Shown here: one piece after another, positions 54,361 through 64,000 of the stretch
Layout of the letters: each line of letters begins with the position of its first letter
Position numbering within the stretch: position 1 is the first letter of the stretch
Assembly: GCA_030448025.1 (NCBI GenBank)
Contig: JAUJNQ010000002.1
Coordinates: forward strand, 636,473-700,472
DNA length: 64,000 bases
DNA from: Acidimicrobiales bacterium
GTDB lineage: Bacteria; Actinomycetota; Acidimicrobiia; Acidimicrobiales; GCA-2861595
Direction of reading: 5' to 3'
Made by a program: the position numbers and the translations under genes
The notes under the pieces: model-generated
Database searches by the model: none
The model's input: only the letters and a program-made list of their open reading frames with translations
Told to the model about the DNA's origin: nothing

Positions 54361-55227
54361 GTGACGGCCCAGCTTCTGGACGGCAACGCCCTGCTGGAGG
54401 CCACCAAGGCCGAGCTGGCGGGGCGCATCGCCGCCCTGCTCGAACGGGGCGTGACTCCCGGCCTGGGCACCATCCTCGTGGGCGAGGACCCGAGCAGCGC
54501 GTCCTACGTCGATCGCAAGCACCGCAACTGCGAGGAGATGGGCATCGTCTCCTTCCACCAGGCCCTCCCGTCCACCGCCACCCAGGACGAGGTCCAGGCC
54601 GCTATCGGGGCCTTCAACGACGCACCACAGGTCGACGCCTTCCTGGTCCAGCTCCCGCTGCCTAAGGGCCTCGACGAGGAGGCGGCGCTGCTCGCGGTGC
54701 ACCCGGACAAGGACGTGGACGGCCTGCACCCCGTCAACCTCGGTCGCCTGGTCATGGGCACTGACGGGCCGAGGGCCTGCACCCCCGCGGGAATCCAGGC
54801 CCTGCTCGTGCGTTCCGGGGTGCCCGTCGAGGGGCGACACGTGGTGATCGTGGGGCGCGGGCTCACCATCGGCCGGCCCCTCAGCCTCCTCCTCTCGCTC
54901 AAGCGTCCAAACGCCAACGCCGCCGTCACCGTCGTGCACACTGGCGTCGACGACCTCGGCGCCCACACCCGCCAAGCCGACATCCTCGTGGCCGCTGCCG
55001 GCAGCCCGTCGATCATCACTCCGGACATGGTGAAGCCGGGCGCCGCTGTGGTCAGCGCCGGCATCACGTGGGGCGAGGGCAGGCGCCTGCTGCCCGACGT
55101 GGACGAGTCCGTGGCCGAGGTGGCGGGATGGATCACGCCCCGGATCGGGGGCGTGGGGCCGACCACCATCGCCATGCTGCTGTCCAACGCGGTCTCGGCC
55201 GCTGAACGCTTCGCCGGAGCGCCGTAG
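54361..55227 (+). CDS. folD: bifunctional methylene-THF dehydrogenase / methenyl-THF cyclohydrolase
   Basis: [10 protein letters not shown]...[12 protein letters not shown]...VQLPLP...[13 protein letters not shown]...[11 protein letters not shown]. Confidence 0.95.
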   Translation: MTAQLLDGNALLEATKAELAGRIAALLERGVTPGLGTILVGEDPSSASYVDRKHRNCEEMGIVSFHQALPSTATQDEVQAAIGAFNDAPQVDAFLVQLPLPKGLDEEAALLAVHPDKDVDGLHPVNLGRLVMGTDGPRACTPAGIQALLVRSGVPVEGRHVVIVGRGLTIGRPLSLLLSLKRPNANAAVTVVHTGVDDLGAHTRQADILVAAAGSPSIITPDMVKPGAAVVSAGITWGEGRRLLPDVDESVAEVAGWITPRIGGVGPTTIAMLLSNAVSAAERFAGAP

Positions 55228-55236
55228 GCTTCGAGG

Positions 55237-56112
55237 ATGGCCAAGATCGCCGACCTGCTGGCGGCGGGACCCACGTTCTCCTTCGAGTTCTTCCCTCCGA
55301 GGAGCGACGACGCCGAGCGACTGCTCGAGAAGACCCTGCAGGAGCTCGAAGCGCTCCAGCCGTCGTTCGTGTCGGTGACCTACGGCGCCGGGGGCACCAC
55401 CCGGGAGCGGACCCGGGAGATCGTCACCCACATCAACCGGGACACGTCGATGACGGCCATGCCCCACCTCACGTGCGTGGCCCACACCTGTGCCGACATC
55501 AACGACATCGTCACCGGGTACCGCGACGAGGGGTTCGAGAACATCCTGGCCCTGGGCGGCGACCCGCCCGCCCTGTCCGACGCGGAGCCCGAGCCCGAGG
55601 GCGACTTCGAGTACGCCCTGGAGCTGGTGGAGCTGGTGCGCTCGATAGGTGACTTCTCCATCGGCGTGGCCGCCCATCCCGAGCTGCATCCCCGCTCCAA
55701 GAAGGATCGCCAATTGGACCGCGACCACCTGGCCACCAAGCTGCGCGCCGCCGACTTCGGCGTGACCCAGTTCTTCTTCCGCGCCGACGACTACCTGAGC
55801 ATGGTCGACGACCTGGCGGCCCGAGGGGTGGACAAGCCGGTGGTGCCCGGCATCATGCCCGTCACCAACGCCAAGCAGGTGCAGCGCTTCGCCCAGATGT
55901 CGGGGGCCGAGTTCCCTCCCGACCTGGCGGCGCGCCTGGAGGCGGTGGCGGAGCATCCCGAGGAGGTGAGGCGCATCGGCGTGGAGGTGGCCACCGAGCT
56001 CTGCGCGGACCTGCTCGACGCGGGGGCGCCGGGCCTGCACTTCTACACCCTCAACCGCTCCACGGCGACGAGGGAGATCTACGCCAACCTCGGCCTGGGA
56101 CCGAAGTCGTAA
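55237..56112 (+). CDS. metF: methylenetetrahydrofolate reductase
   Basis: FSFEFFPPRS...SVTYGAGG...HLTC...LHFYTLNR. Confidence 0.93.
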   Translation: MAKIADLLAAGPTFSFEFFPPRSDDAERLLEKTLQELEALQPSFVSVTYGAGGTTRERTREIVTHINRDTSMTAMPHLTCVAHTCADINDIVTGYRDEGFENILALGGDPPALSDAEPEPEGDFEYALELVELVRSIGDFSIGVAAHPELHPRSKKDRQLDRDHLATKLRAADFGVTQFFFRADDYLSMVDDLAARGVDKPVVPGIMPVTNAKQVQRFAQMSGAEFPPDLAARLEAVAEHPEEVRRIGVEVATELCADLLDAGAPGLHFYTLNRSTATREIYANLGLGPKS

Positions 56113-56123
56113 ACGACGGAGCG

Positions 56124-56876
56124 ATGCCGGGCCCTGCGGCAACGCATCGCTTCTACGGTGACTTGGCCGTCTGGTGGCCACTGATCTCGCCACCGGAGGA
56201 GTATGCAGAAGAAGCCGCCTTTGCCGCGACGCTGCTCGACACCGCGTGGATCCCCGTGAGCGAGGTCCTCGAGCTCGGCAGCGGGGGCGGCCACAACGCC
56301 GTCCACCTCAAGGCGGGCTTCTCCATGACGCTGGTCGACCTGTCCGAAGACATGCTGGCGGTCTCACGCCGGCTGAACCCCGAGTGTGACCACCATCGTG
56401 GCGACATGCGCACCGTGCGGCTGGGCCGCAGCTTCGATGCGGTGTTCGTCCACGACGCCGTCGACTACATGGTGAGCGAGGCCGATCTCCGACGAGCCGT
56501 CCAGACCGCCTTCGTGCACTGCCGCCCGGGCGGCGTGGGGGTCTTCGTGCCCGACGCCACCAGGGAGACGTTCGAGGCCGCGAGCGATCATGGCGGGAGC
56601 GACGGTGCCGACGGCCGGGCGGTTCGGTACCTGGACTGGACATGGGACCCCGATCCCGAGGACACCTGGACACTGACCGAGTACGCGTTCCTGCTTCGCG
56701 GTGGCGACGGTTCGGTCCGGGTCGTGCACGAGACGCATCGCCTGGGCCTGTTCGGTAGCGAAGACTGGCTTCGACTGCTGGACGACGCCGGCTTCGAGGC
56801 GAGGGCGGTCACCGAGGTGACGTCGGAGGATCGGACGCCCCGAAAGGTCTTCGTGGGCCACCGACCAGTCGCCTAG
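56124..56876 (+). CDS. class I SAM-dependent methyltransferase
   Basis: Motif I is VLELGSGGGHNAVHL. The acidic loop is LVDLSEDML, followed by DAVFVHDAVDY. Confidence 0.85.
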   Translation: MPGPAATHRFYGDLAVWWPLISPPEEYAEEAAFAATLLDTAWIPVSEVLELGSGGGHNAVHLKAGFSMTLVDLSEDMLAVSRRLNPECDHHRGDMRTVRLGRSFDAVFVHDAVDYMVSEADLRRAVQTAFVHCRPGGVGVFVPDATRETFEAASDHGGSDGADGRAVRYLDWTWDPDPEDTWTLTEYAFLLRGGDGSVRVVHETHRLGLFGSEDWLRLLDDAGFEARAVTEVTSEDRTPRKVFVGHRPVA

Positions 56877-56890
56877 ACCTGCCGAGATGA

Positions 56891-57031
56891 TTTCCCTCGC
56901 TGGCCAAGGCGGAGAGCCTCGGCGGGACAAGGATGATGGGCTCCGACGAGGTGGAGGGGCTGGAGACCGGTCTGTTCAACGAGCCCGAGGGCCACACGAT
57001 CGGCCTCGTCAAGACCACCCTGCCGAGCTGA
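56891..57031 (+). pseudogene. C-terminal remnant of a glyoxalase/VOC-family gene
   Basis: SLAKAESLGGTRMMGSDEVEGLETGLFNEPEGHTIGLVKTTLPS-stop. The frame opens only 3 nt after an in-frame TGA (56888-56890), so the N-terminal part of the domain is absent. Confidence 0.5.
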
Positions 57032-57141
57032 GGGGCCAAGCGAGACGCCGACCCAGGGTCCAAGACGGCTCGACCGCCTGGCGCGAGGAGACGCCGGACC
57101 CCACAGGTCGGCGGGTCGTAGGAACCAGGCTCGCCGTGGGC

Positions 57142-58824
57142 TCAAGCGGCCGAAGCTCTCGTCGAAGAACCACCTCCGGTGGCCGCGGCCGACGCACCGA
57201 CCTGGGCCACGCCCGGGCGGTTGGCCTGTACGACGAACGAGGCCCGGGTGCTGATGGGCGCTCCTGGGCGGCTGACGTAGGGAACCACCTTGTAATCAGT
57301 CCGCCACTGGTCCTTGTCGACCTGGCATCGGACGTAGCCCCGCTGTCCGTTGTAGAACTTGATGTGAGGGTTCTCTCCCAGTATCGCTCGGGTGTTGGCC
57401 TGCTGGTCGACGCCGTCGCCGCCGGAGGTGATGGACGTGCCCACGAACTCGGTCCCCAGGGTGGCCGAGGCCGGGTTGGTGAAGTCCGACTTGAGGTCCG
57501 CGACCCAGTTGGCGTGCACATCGCCGGTGAGCACGATGAGGTTGCCCACTCGCTTCTCGGCGACGTAGTTGAGCAGCCGGTCCCGGGCCGGCTTGTAGCC
57601 GTCCCAGGCATCCATGCTGAACCGCTCCTCCGGCCCAGCGGCGAAGTCTCGCCTGGCCATGAACACCTGCTGAGCGAGCACGTTCCAGCGGGTGCGAGAT
57701 CCGCTCAGCCCTGAGGTGAGCCACTGCTCCTGGGCGGCGCCGGTCATGGTGCGGTTGGGACGCAGCGCCTCCTCGCAGAGCGGACCGGTGCGATCGCCGC
57801 AGGCCTGGTCGCTGCGGTACTGGCGCGTGTCGAGAACATTGAACGTGGCCAGGTCGCCGAACTGGAGGCGGCGGTACAGCGCCATGTCGGGTCCCGTCGG
57901 CATGCTCGACCGCCGCAACGGCATGTGCTCGTAGTAGGCCTGGAAGGCGTTGGCCCGCCGAATCAGGAAGTCCTGGATGTCGGTCTCCTCGTCTTCGGGG
58001 ATCTCGTCGGCGAAGTTGTTCTCCACCTCGTGGTCGTCCAAGGTGACGATCCAGGGAAACGCGGCATGGGCGTCCTGGAGGTCGGGATCGCTCTTGTACA
58101 GGGCGAATCGGTTGCGGTAGCTGTCAACGCTGCTGACCTCGGGCCCGTCATGCTGGCGGACGTTGCCCGACGGTACGCGGTACACGTTTGGGCCGTACTC
58201 ATAGATGTAGTCACCAAGGTGCACCACCAGGTCGAGATCCTCGCCGGCCATGTGCCGGTAGGCCGTGTAGTAGCCGTGTTCGTACATCTGGCACGAGGCG
58301 AAGGCGAAACGGAGGGAATTCACGTCGGTTTGCGGCGCCGGTGCGGTGCGGGTGCGCCCAGTGGGACTGATGTCACCGCGTACCATGAACCGGTACCAGT
58401 ACCACCGGGCCGGCTCGAGCCCTCTCACCTCGAGGTGAAGGGAATGGCCGTTCTCCGGCCTCGCCAACGCGGTGCCCCTCTGGGCCACGGTGCGAAAGCG
58501 CTCGTCCGTCGACATCTCCCACTGCACCGGCACTGGCTGATTGGGCATGCCCCCGCCGTTTAGGGGGTCGGGTGCCAAGCGGGTCCACAGCACGACGCTG
58601 TCGGGCAGTGGATCCCCCGACGCAACGCCCAGGGTGAACGGCGCAGCGAAGCGATCGCGCCGCTGCCGCCGGGCATGGCTGTGCTCGGCAGCGGCGGTGC
58701 CGACGAGCCCACCGGTGAGGTGGTCGGCCAGCAGCGTGCCCGCCAAGACACCTCCTGCGTTCCGGAGAAACGCCCGCCGGTCGAGGTGATGGCCAGGTTC
58801 CGCGCTGACAGGGGTATTGCTCAC
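57142..58824 (-). CDS. phoD: alkaline phosphatase D (Tat-exported)
   Basis: GGGAGG lies 6 nt before GTG 58824. The Tat signal is [33 protein letters not shown]...[10 protein letters not shown]...DDHEVENN is present. The upstream part of the 694-aa track ORF is not coding. Confidence 0.9.
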   Translation of the reverse strand: MSNTPVSAEPGHHLDRRAFLRNAGGVLAGTLLADHLTGGLVGTAAAEHSHARRQRRDRFAAPFTLGVASGDPLPDSVVLWTRLAPDPLNGGGMPNQPVPVQWEMSTDERFRTVAQRGTALARPENGHSLHLEVRGLEPARWYWYRFMVRGDISPTGRTRTAPAPQTDVNSLRFAFASCQMYEHGYYTAYRHMAGEDLDLVVHLGDYIYEYGPNVYRVPSGNVRQHDGPEVSSVDSYRNRFALYKSDPDLQDAHAAFPWIVTLDDHEVENNFADEIPEDEETDIQDFLIRRANAFQAYYEHMPLRRSSMPTGPDMALYRRLQFGDLATFNVLDTRQYRSDQACGDRTGPLCEEALRPNRTMTGAAQEQWLTSGLSGSRTRWNVLAQQVFMARRDFAAGPEERFSMDAWDGYKPARDRLLNYVAEKRVGNLIVLTGDVHANWVADLKSDFTNPASATLGTEFVGTSITSGGDGVDQQANTRAILGENPHIKFYNGQRGYVRCQVDKDQWRTDYKVVPYVSRPGAPISTRASFVVQANRPGVAQVGASAAATGGGSSTRASAA

Positions 58825-58868
58825 GTTGTACCTCCCTTGACTCCGATTGGTGGTGGCAGTCCAGCATC

Positions 58869-58890
58869 GGCAGGCGAACCGGCGGTGAAC
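58869..58890 (-). promoter_or_regulatory. putative PHO box (two 11-nt direct repeats)
   Basis: The minus strand reads GTTCACCGCCG GTTCGCCTGCC, 45-66 nt upstream of the phoD GTG. It resembles the actinobacterial PhoP repeat G(G/T)TCAYYYR(G/C)G. Confidence 0.55.
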
Positions 58891-58936
58891 GTCGGCAGAG
58901 ATGACCGCGAAGGAAAGATGAAGATGTGTGAACGCT

Positions 58937-60079
58937 CTACAGGTGGTGGAGCGGGAACACCGTTTCCCGCACCCTCTGGACCACGTCGACCACGGCCTCG
59001 GCGCCGAGGCCCTCGGACGGGGGCTCGGACAGCCGGTCCGGGACGCTGCCGCCCGCCTCCTCCGCCGCCCGCTCCAGCCACGCCAGCGGGAGCTCGTCGG
59101 GGATGTTCGTCCCCGCCATCTCCGCGAAGTAGATGGTCCATGCGCGGGGGACCACGGCCGCCCATTGGTAGCCCCCGCCGCCCGTGGCCATCCAGCGGCC
59201 ACCGGCTGCACGATGGGCGAGATCATGGAGCATGGCCGCCGCCTCCCGATAGGCGGCGGTGGTGAGCATGAGGTTGGCCAGCGGGTCGCTGCGGTGGCTG
59301 TCGCAGCCGAGCTGGGTGACCAGTACTTCGGGCTCGAAGGCCTCCACCAACGGGGGGACGATCTGACCGAAGGCGTCCAGCCATCCTTCGTCGCCGGTGC
59401 GCGGTGGGAGGGGAACGTTCACCGCCGTGCCTCTGGCATCGCCATCCCCGAGCTCGCTCACGGAGCCGGTGCCGGGGAACAGCGTCCTGCCGTCCTGATG
59501 CAGCGAGATGGTGAGCACCCTGGGGTCGCGGTAGAAGATCTCCTGCGGACCGTCGCCGTGGTGGACGTCAACGTCCACGTAGGCCACCTTGGAGATGCCT
59601 TGGCCGAGCAGCCAGGCGATGGCGATGGCCGGGTCGTCGTACACGCAGAAACCGCTGGCCCGACCGGGCATGGCGTGGTGGAGCCCACCGGCGGGGTTGA
59701 AGGCGTGCTGGGTTCGGCCGCTGAGCACTGCGTCAGCTGCGGCGATGGAAGCCCCCGCCACCCGGGCCGAAGCCTCGTGCATGTGGCCGAAGAGGGGGTT
59801 GTCCCCCGGGCCGAATCCGTAGCGTCCCCAAGGCCCCTTCTCACCGTGGCCTGCCCGCGTGACGGCGTCCACGTAGGCCTCGTCGTGCACGAGCAGGAGC
59901 TCGTCGACGGTGGCGTCGCGAGCCGGCGTCTCCAGCACCCGCTTACCGTCGACGATGCCGTAGTCATGGATGAGCTGGCGGGTGAGGATCACGCGAGCCG
60001 GGCGGAGGGGATGTTGGGGACCGTGGTCGTACCAGGGGACGTCGTCCCCGTACCAGACCAGTTCGACCCGCTCGCTCAT
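58937..60079 (-). CDS. histone deacetylase-family (AcuC-like) deacetylase
   Basis: HPLRPAR...[11 protein letters not shown]...GFCVYDD...[10 protein letters not shown]...GGGGY. Confidence 0.9.
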   Translation of the reverse strand: MSERVELVWYGDDVPWYDHGPQHPLRPARVILTRQLIHDYGIVDGKRVLETPARDATVDELLLVHDEAYVDAVTRAGHGEKGPWGRYGFGPGDNPLFGHMHEASARVAGASIAAADAVLSGRTQHAFNPAGGLHHAMPGRASGFCVYDDPAIAIAWLLGQGISKVAYVDVDVHHGDGPQEIFYRDPRVLTISLHQDGRTLFPGTGSVSELGDGDARGTAVNVPLPPRTGDEGWLDAFGQIVPPLVEAFEPEVLVTQLGCDSHRSDPLANLMLTTAAYREAAAMLHDLAHRAAGGRWMATGGGGYQWAAVVPRAWTIYFAEMAGTNIPDELPLAWLERAAEEAGGSVPDRLSEPPSEGLGAEAVVDVVQRVRETVFPLHHL

Positions 60080-60100
60080 GCCCGGGTCACCGCTGAGCCG

Positions 60101-60871
60101 TCAGCCGAGTGCCCGTGCGGTGTCCGGCAGCCCACGGCGCACCTTCCGTCTGGGCCAGAAGAACTTCCCACCGGCTTCCAGTATGACCCGGCAGCCAGGC
60201 TGGACTCGTCCGTGCGCAGTCACGACGCCGGACGGAATGAGGTAGGCATCGTCCTCAGCGACCTCCAGGCTCACAGGGGGTGAGCTGGCGGATGGGTCAT
60301 GGTGGGACCAGAGGCCGACCAGGAAATGCACGTCGGGGAAGGGAAGGACCCAGCTCCAACTGCGGTAGACGCGCGCGTGCATGGTGGATGTCTCCGGCTG
60401 CGCTTGGGTCGCGCGTGCGGCTTGAAGGTCCCGCCAGGCTTGCCGCCCGGTCACGACGGGCAGGGCCACGGCGGCGAACGCGCCGAGGAAGAGGAGATAC
60501 TCATAGGTGGGCTCCCATCCCTCCACAGGGCGTGCGTGCGAGGGATTCCTCGGGTCGTACTCCACCACCACGCGCTCACCCTTCCCAAAGTCGACGGAGT
60601 CATCCACGGTGAGGATGGTCTCGATCTCCCGACCGTCCACCTGGTAGCGGACAGCCGCGCCCTCCGGTCGCAACCGGTAGTGACGGCTGTCCTTCACCAC
60701 CGCCTCGGTGCGCACGGCGCCCCGGTCCAGCACCTGCTCGTGCGCTCGCATGGCGAAGGCCACGATCACCAGCACGGCCTCGAGCGCCAGGAACGCACCG
60801 ATGCCCGTTAGGTACAGGAGCCGGCGACGGCGAATCGCCTCGTCCAGCCCGGACGGGCTCACGGCGTGCAC
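60101..60871 (-). CDS. DUF3592-like membrane protein
   Basis: Two TM segments flank the beta-rich stretch [37 protein letters not shown]...[10 protein letters not shown]. Confidence 0.65.
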   Translation of the reverse strand: MHAVSPSGLDEAIRRRRLLYLTGIGAFLALEAVLVIVAFAMRAHEQVLDRGAVRTEAVVKDSRHYRLRPEGAAVRYQVDGREIETILTVDDSVDFGKGERVVVEYDPRNPSHARPVEGWEPTYEYLLFLGAFAAVALPVVTGRQAWRDLQAARATQAQPETSTMHARVYRSWSWVLPFPDVHFLVGLWSHHDPSASSPPVSLEVAEDDAYLIPSGVVTAHGRVQPGCRVILEAGGKFFWPRRKVRRGLPDTARALG

Positions 60872-60920
60872 CCCCGCCGGCGGAGCGATCGGGTCACCGG
60901 CCGGTGGCTACGCTCGGCCG

Positions 60921-62117
60921 ATGTCCGCCATGATCACCATGGGTGCCGACGGTACCCTGCACGTTCCCGACGACCCCGTCATCCCCTTCATCCAGGGCGA
61001 CGGCACGGGCATCGACATCTGGCCCGCGGCCCGGTCCGTCCTCGACGCCGCCGCCGCTCGGCATGGGCGGACCATCGCCTGGAAGGAGGTGCTGGCCGGC
61101 CAGCGGGCCTACGACGAGACGGGGGACTGGCTTCCCCAAGAGACGGTTGCCGCCTTCCGTGAGCACCTCATCGGCATCAAGGGTCCCCTCACCACGCCCG
61201 TCGGCGGCGGCATCCGCTCCCTCAACGTTGCTCTGCGCCAGGTCCTCGACCTGTACGTCTGCCTGCGGCCCGTGCGCTGGTTCCAGGGCGTGCCCTCTCC
61301 GGTCAAGCACCCCGAGAAGGTGGACATGGTCATCTTCAGGGAGAACACCGAGGACATCTACGCCGGCCTCGAGGTGGAGCAGGGCACGCCCGAGGCCAAG
61401 CGCCTCATCGAGTTGCTGCTCGACGAGATGGGCTGGAAGATCCGCCCCGACTCCGGTGTGGGTATCAAGCCCGTCTCGGTGACCGGGTCGAAGCGCTTGG
61501 TCCGCGCCGCCATCGCCTACGCCGTGGAACGGGGGCGCAGGAGCGTCACGCTGGTGCACAAGGGCAACATAATGAAGTACACCGAGGGTGCCTTCCGCAA
61601 CTGGGGCTACGAGCTCACCAGGGAGGAGTTCGCCGACGTGGCCGTGGGCTGGGACGACTGCGGCGGTGATCCCGGCGACCGAGTGCTGGTGAAGGACGCC
61701 ATCGCCGACATCACCCTCCAGCAGGTGCTCACCCGCCCCGACGACTTCGACGTCATCGCCACCACGAACCTCAACGGTGACTACCTCTCCGATGCGGTGG
61801 CGGCCCAGGTCGGCGGCATCGGCATCGCCCCGGGCGGCAACATCAACTACGTCACCGGGCACGGCATCTTCGAGGCCACCCACGGCACGGCGCCCAAGTA
61901 CGCCGGTCAGGACAAGGTGAACCCGGGTTCGGTGCTGCTCTCGGGAGTGCTGATGTTCGAGCACCTCGGCTGGACCGACGCTGCCGCCGACATCGTGCGC
62001 GCCCTCGAGGCCACCATCGCCGAGCGGATCGTCACCTACGACTTCGCCCGGCTGATGGACGACGCCACCGAGGTCAAGTGCTCGGAGTTCGCCGCCGCCA
62101 TCGTCGACCGCCTCTGA
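60921..62117 (+). CDS. icd: NADP-dependent isocitrate dehydrogenase (dimeric type)
   Basis: ATG 60921. [14 protein letters not shown]...[22 protein letters not shown]...[10 protein letters not shown]...[15 protein letters not shown] is present. Confidence 0.95.
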   Translation: MSAMITMGADGTLHVPDDPVIPFIQGDGTGIDIWPAARSVLDAAAARHGRTIAWKEVLAGQRAYDETGDWLPQETVAAFREHLIGIKGPLTTPVGGGIRSLNVALRQVLDLYVCLRPVRWFQGVPSPVKHPEKVDMVIFRENTEDIYAGLEVEQGTPEAKRLIELLLDEMGWKIRPDSGVGIKPVSVTGSKRLVRAAIAYAVERGRRSVTLVHKGNIMKYTEGAFRNWGYELTREEFADVAVGWDDCGGDPGDRVLVKDAIADITLQQVLTRPDDFDVIATTNLNGDYLSDAVAAQVGGIGIAPGGNINYVTGHGIFEATHGTAPKYAGQDKVNPGSVLLSGVLMFEHLGWTDAAADIVRALEATIAERIVTYDFARLMDDATEVKCSEFAAAIVDRL

Positions 62118-63113
62118 GTGGCGATGCCCGAGCGAAAGCCGCTGCACGTCACCATCACCGGGGCCGCCGGCCAAATCGGCTACGCCCTGGTCTTCCGGGT
62201 GGCGTCGGGACAGTTGCTCGGTCCCGACCAGCCCGTGGTCCTGCGCCTCCTGGAGGTGGAGCCCGCCATGGGAGCGCTCGATGGCGTGGCCATGGAGCTG
62301 GAGGACTGCGCCTTCCCGTTGCTCGCAGACGTGGTGACCACGTCAGAGCTCGACCGCGCGTTCGACGCCGCCTCCTGGGCCCTGATGGTGGGCTCGGTCC
62401 CGCGCCAGGCGGGCATGGAGCGCAAGGACCTGCTCAGCGTCAACGGTGGCATCTTCGGGCCACAGGGCCGGGCCGTCGCCGCCCACGCCGCCGACGACGT
62501 GCGGGTGCTCGTGGTGGGAAACCCGTGCAACACGAACTGCCTCATCGCCCGGTCCAACGCACCAGAAGTACCCGCCGATCGATGGTTCGCCATGACCCGC
62601 CTGGACCAGAACCGGGCGCGGGCCCTGCTGGCGGCCAAGGCCGGGGTGCCGGTGTCCGAGGTGGCCAACGTGGCCATCTGGGGGAACCACTCGGCCACGC
62701 AGTTCCCCGACTTCGCCAACGCCACCATCGCCGGGCGGCCGGCCACGTCGGTCATCGAAGACCAAGAATGGCTGCGGGGCGACTTCGTCTCCGCCGTGCA
62801 ACAGCGGGGTGCGGCCATCATCGCGGCGCGCGGGGCGTCGTCGGCGGCGTCGGCGGCCAATGCCGTGATCGACTCCGTGCGCAGCGTCATCGAGCCGACG
62901 CCCGAAGGCGACAACGCGGCGTTGGCGGTGGTGAGCCAAGGCCAGTACGACGTCCCCGAGGGGCTCCAGTTCGGCCTCCCGGTGATCAGCGACGGCTCCT
63001 CGTGGCAGGTGGCCGACGGCTTCGAGCTGGACGACTACGCCAGGGACAACCTCAAGGTCACGACCGATGAGCTCCTGGCCGAACGCGATGCGGTGAGAGA
63101 CCTGTTGGGCTAG
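62118..63113 (+). CDS. mdh: malate dehydrogenase
   Basis: [14 protein letters not shown]...VGNPCNTN...IWGNHS. The start is GTG 62118 or ATG 62124. Confidence 0.95.
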   Translation: MAMPERKPLHVTITGAAGQIGYALVFRVASGQLLGPDQPVVLRLLEVEPAMGALDGVAMELEDCAFPLLADVVTTSELDRAFDAASWALMVGSVPRQAGMERKDLLSVNGGIFGPQGRAVAAHAADDVRVLVVGNPCNTNCLIARSNAPEVPADRWFAMTRLDQNRARALLAAKAGVPVSEVANVAIWGNHSATQFPDFANATIAGRPATSVIEDQEWLRGDFVSAVQQRGAAIIAARGASSAASAANAVIDSVRSVIEPTPEGDNAALAVVSQGQYDVPEGLQFGLPVISDGSSWQVADGFELDDYARDNLKVTTDELLAERDAVRDLLG

Positions 63114-63126
63114 CAGCGTCCAAGTC

Positions 63127-64000
63127 TCAGCCGGCTCGCTTGGGGGAGATGGCTTCCAGGAGCTCAGGGAGACGTCCCTCGGCCCTGCGGGCGGCCATGG
63201 CCAGGCCGGCGCGCCAGAGAACGTACCCGTAGGCGACGGTCACGAGGCTGACCGCGACCAGACCGGGGCGCCACACCGCGAGCGCGCCCACCACGGCGAT
63301 GACCACGGGTACGCAGAGCACTGCCATCACCCCCATGCCGAGGAGGGTGATCAGCCCGGTGGCGCAGCCCTGGCCGGTGTTGCCGCTCGCCCACGGGTTG
63401 GTCCCCTCGGGGACGGGCTGGGGGGCCAAGACGGACACCACGTTGCTCACCCCCGTCCCCAGAAGGAGCAGGCCCACGGCGAGGACCACGACCAGGGGCA
63501 CGTAGGCCCACCCGCCCGTGAGGGCGGCGATCATCAGAGCCACACCGGTGCAGAGCGGGGTCCCGAGGAGCACGGTGGCGAGGGTCTTGCCGCCCAGGTC
63601 GGCTCGGAGGTCCTCACCCGCGGCCACGTTGACCCAATACGGCGGGCCGTCCATCCCAAGGTGGTTGAGCGACTGGATGACGACGAGCCCAGCCGATGTC
63701 AGCGCCGCCAGCACGAGCACAGGGCCAGCCCCCCCATCGGAGAACAGGATGCTGGCCAGCGGTAGGAAGGCGACGGGGGCGACGGAGATGAGGCCGGCTC
63801 TCCGGCGCGGATCGCGCCAGGCGTAGCGCAGGTCCTTGGCCGCTACGGCGCCGGACCGTGTGCGGGGCAGGAATCGGAGGATACCCGAGAACAAGCCAGG
63901 CGCCCGAGTCGTGGTGGTGGCCGACTCCGCCGTCGTGGACAGGCGGTCGAGGGCTGCTGCCCATACCATCAAGAGCACCACCACCGCCGCCGCCCCGAGA
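63127..64000 (-). CDS. polytopic membrane protein (ABC-2 permease-like), 5' end beyond the window
   Basis: There are multiple hydrophobic segments. The frame continues to the window edge. The family assignment is tentative. Confidence 0.55.
   Translation of the reverse strand, partial: LGAAAVVVLLMVWAAALDRLSTTAESATTTTRAPGLFSGILRFLPRTRSGAVAAKDLRYAWRDPRRRAGLISVAPVAFLPLASILFSDGGAGPVLVLAALTSAGLVVIQSLNHLGMDGPPYWVNVAAGEDLRADLGGKTLATVLLGTPLCTGVALMIAALTGGWAYVPLVVVLAVGLLLLGTGVSNVVSVLAPQPVPEGTNPWASGNTGQGCATGLITLLGMGVMAVLCVPVVIAVVGALAVWRPGLVAVSLVTVAYGYVLWRAGLAMAARRAEGRLPELLEAISPKRAG

Noticed and set aside
52285-55236. I looked for a ZTP (pfl) riboswitch upstream of purN/purH/folD/metF and for a glmS ribozyme upstream of the GlmS-like gene (15874-15956).
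   Set aside because: The gaps between these genes are only 9-13 nt or are overlaps. The region upstream of the GlmS-like gene is occupied by the divergent vapB start and shows no glmS-ribozyme-like core.

Overview
This is a high-GC chromosomal segment of actinobacterial type. Hand counts of single 60-nt lines in core genes give 67-77% G+C. Housekeeping synteny on the + strand is strongly conserved. It runs adk-map-infA-rpmJ-rpsM-rpsK-rpsD-rpoA-rplQ-truA-rplM-rpsI-glmM, then a giant GlmS-like amidotransferase-acpS-nnr-alr, then tsaE-tsaB-rimI-tsaD, groES-groEL (with a perfect CIRCE) and GuaB3-like-guaA. These are followed by an EgtB/SenA-like gene plus a SenB-like glycosyltransferase, an intein-containing pcrA, a liv-type ABC transporter, sucCD, an amidase, purN-purH-folD-metF, phoD, an AcuC-like deacetylase, icd and mdh. 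Accessory and often decayed material is wedged between these blocks. At 7.8-15.9 kb there is a secreted-protein pair, a frameshifted DUF222-HNH gene behind a LexA box, one intact PIN/Phd pair, and a Panacea (DUF4065) antitoxin module behind a second LexA box. The same stretch holds an XPB helicase fragment, a Ser/Thr kinase lacking its glycine loop, and a deleted VapBC. Elsewhere there is an orphan Phd antitoxin with a VapC vestige after alr, a PIN fragment after groEL, and a lower-GC ~1.7 kb insertion between livF and sucC that encodes an AlbA_2-like gene split over three frames. I found no rRNA, tRNA, CRISPR array, transposase or integrase. All family assignments rest on motif recognition by eye. 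No searches were run.
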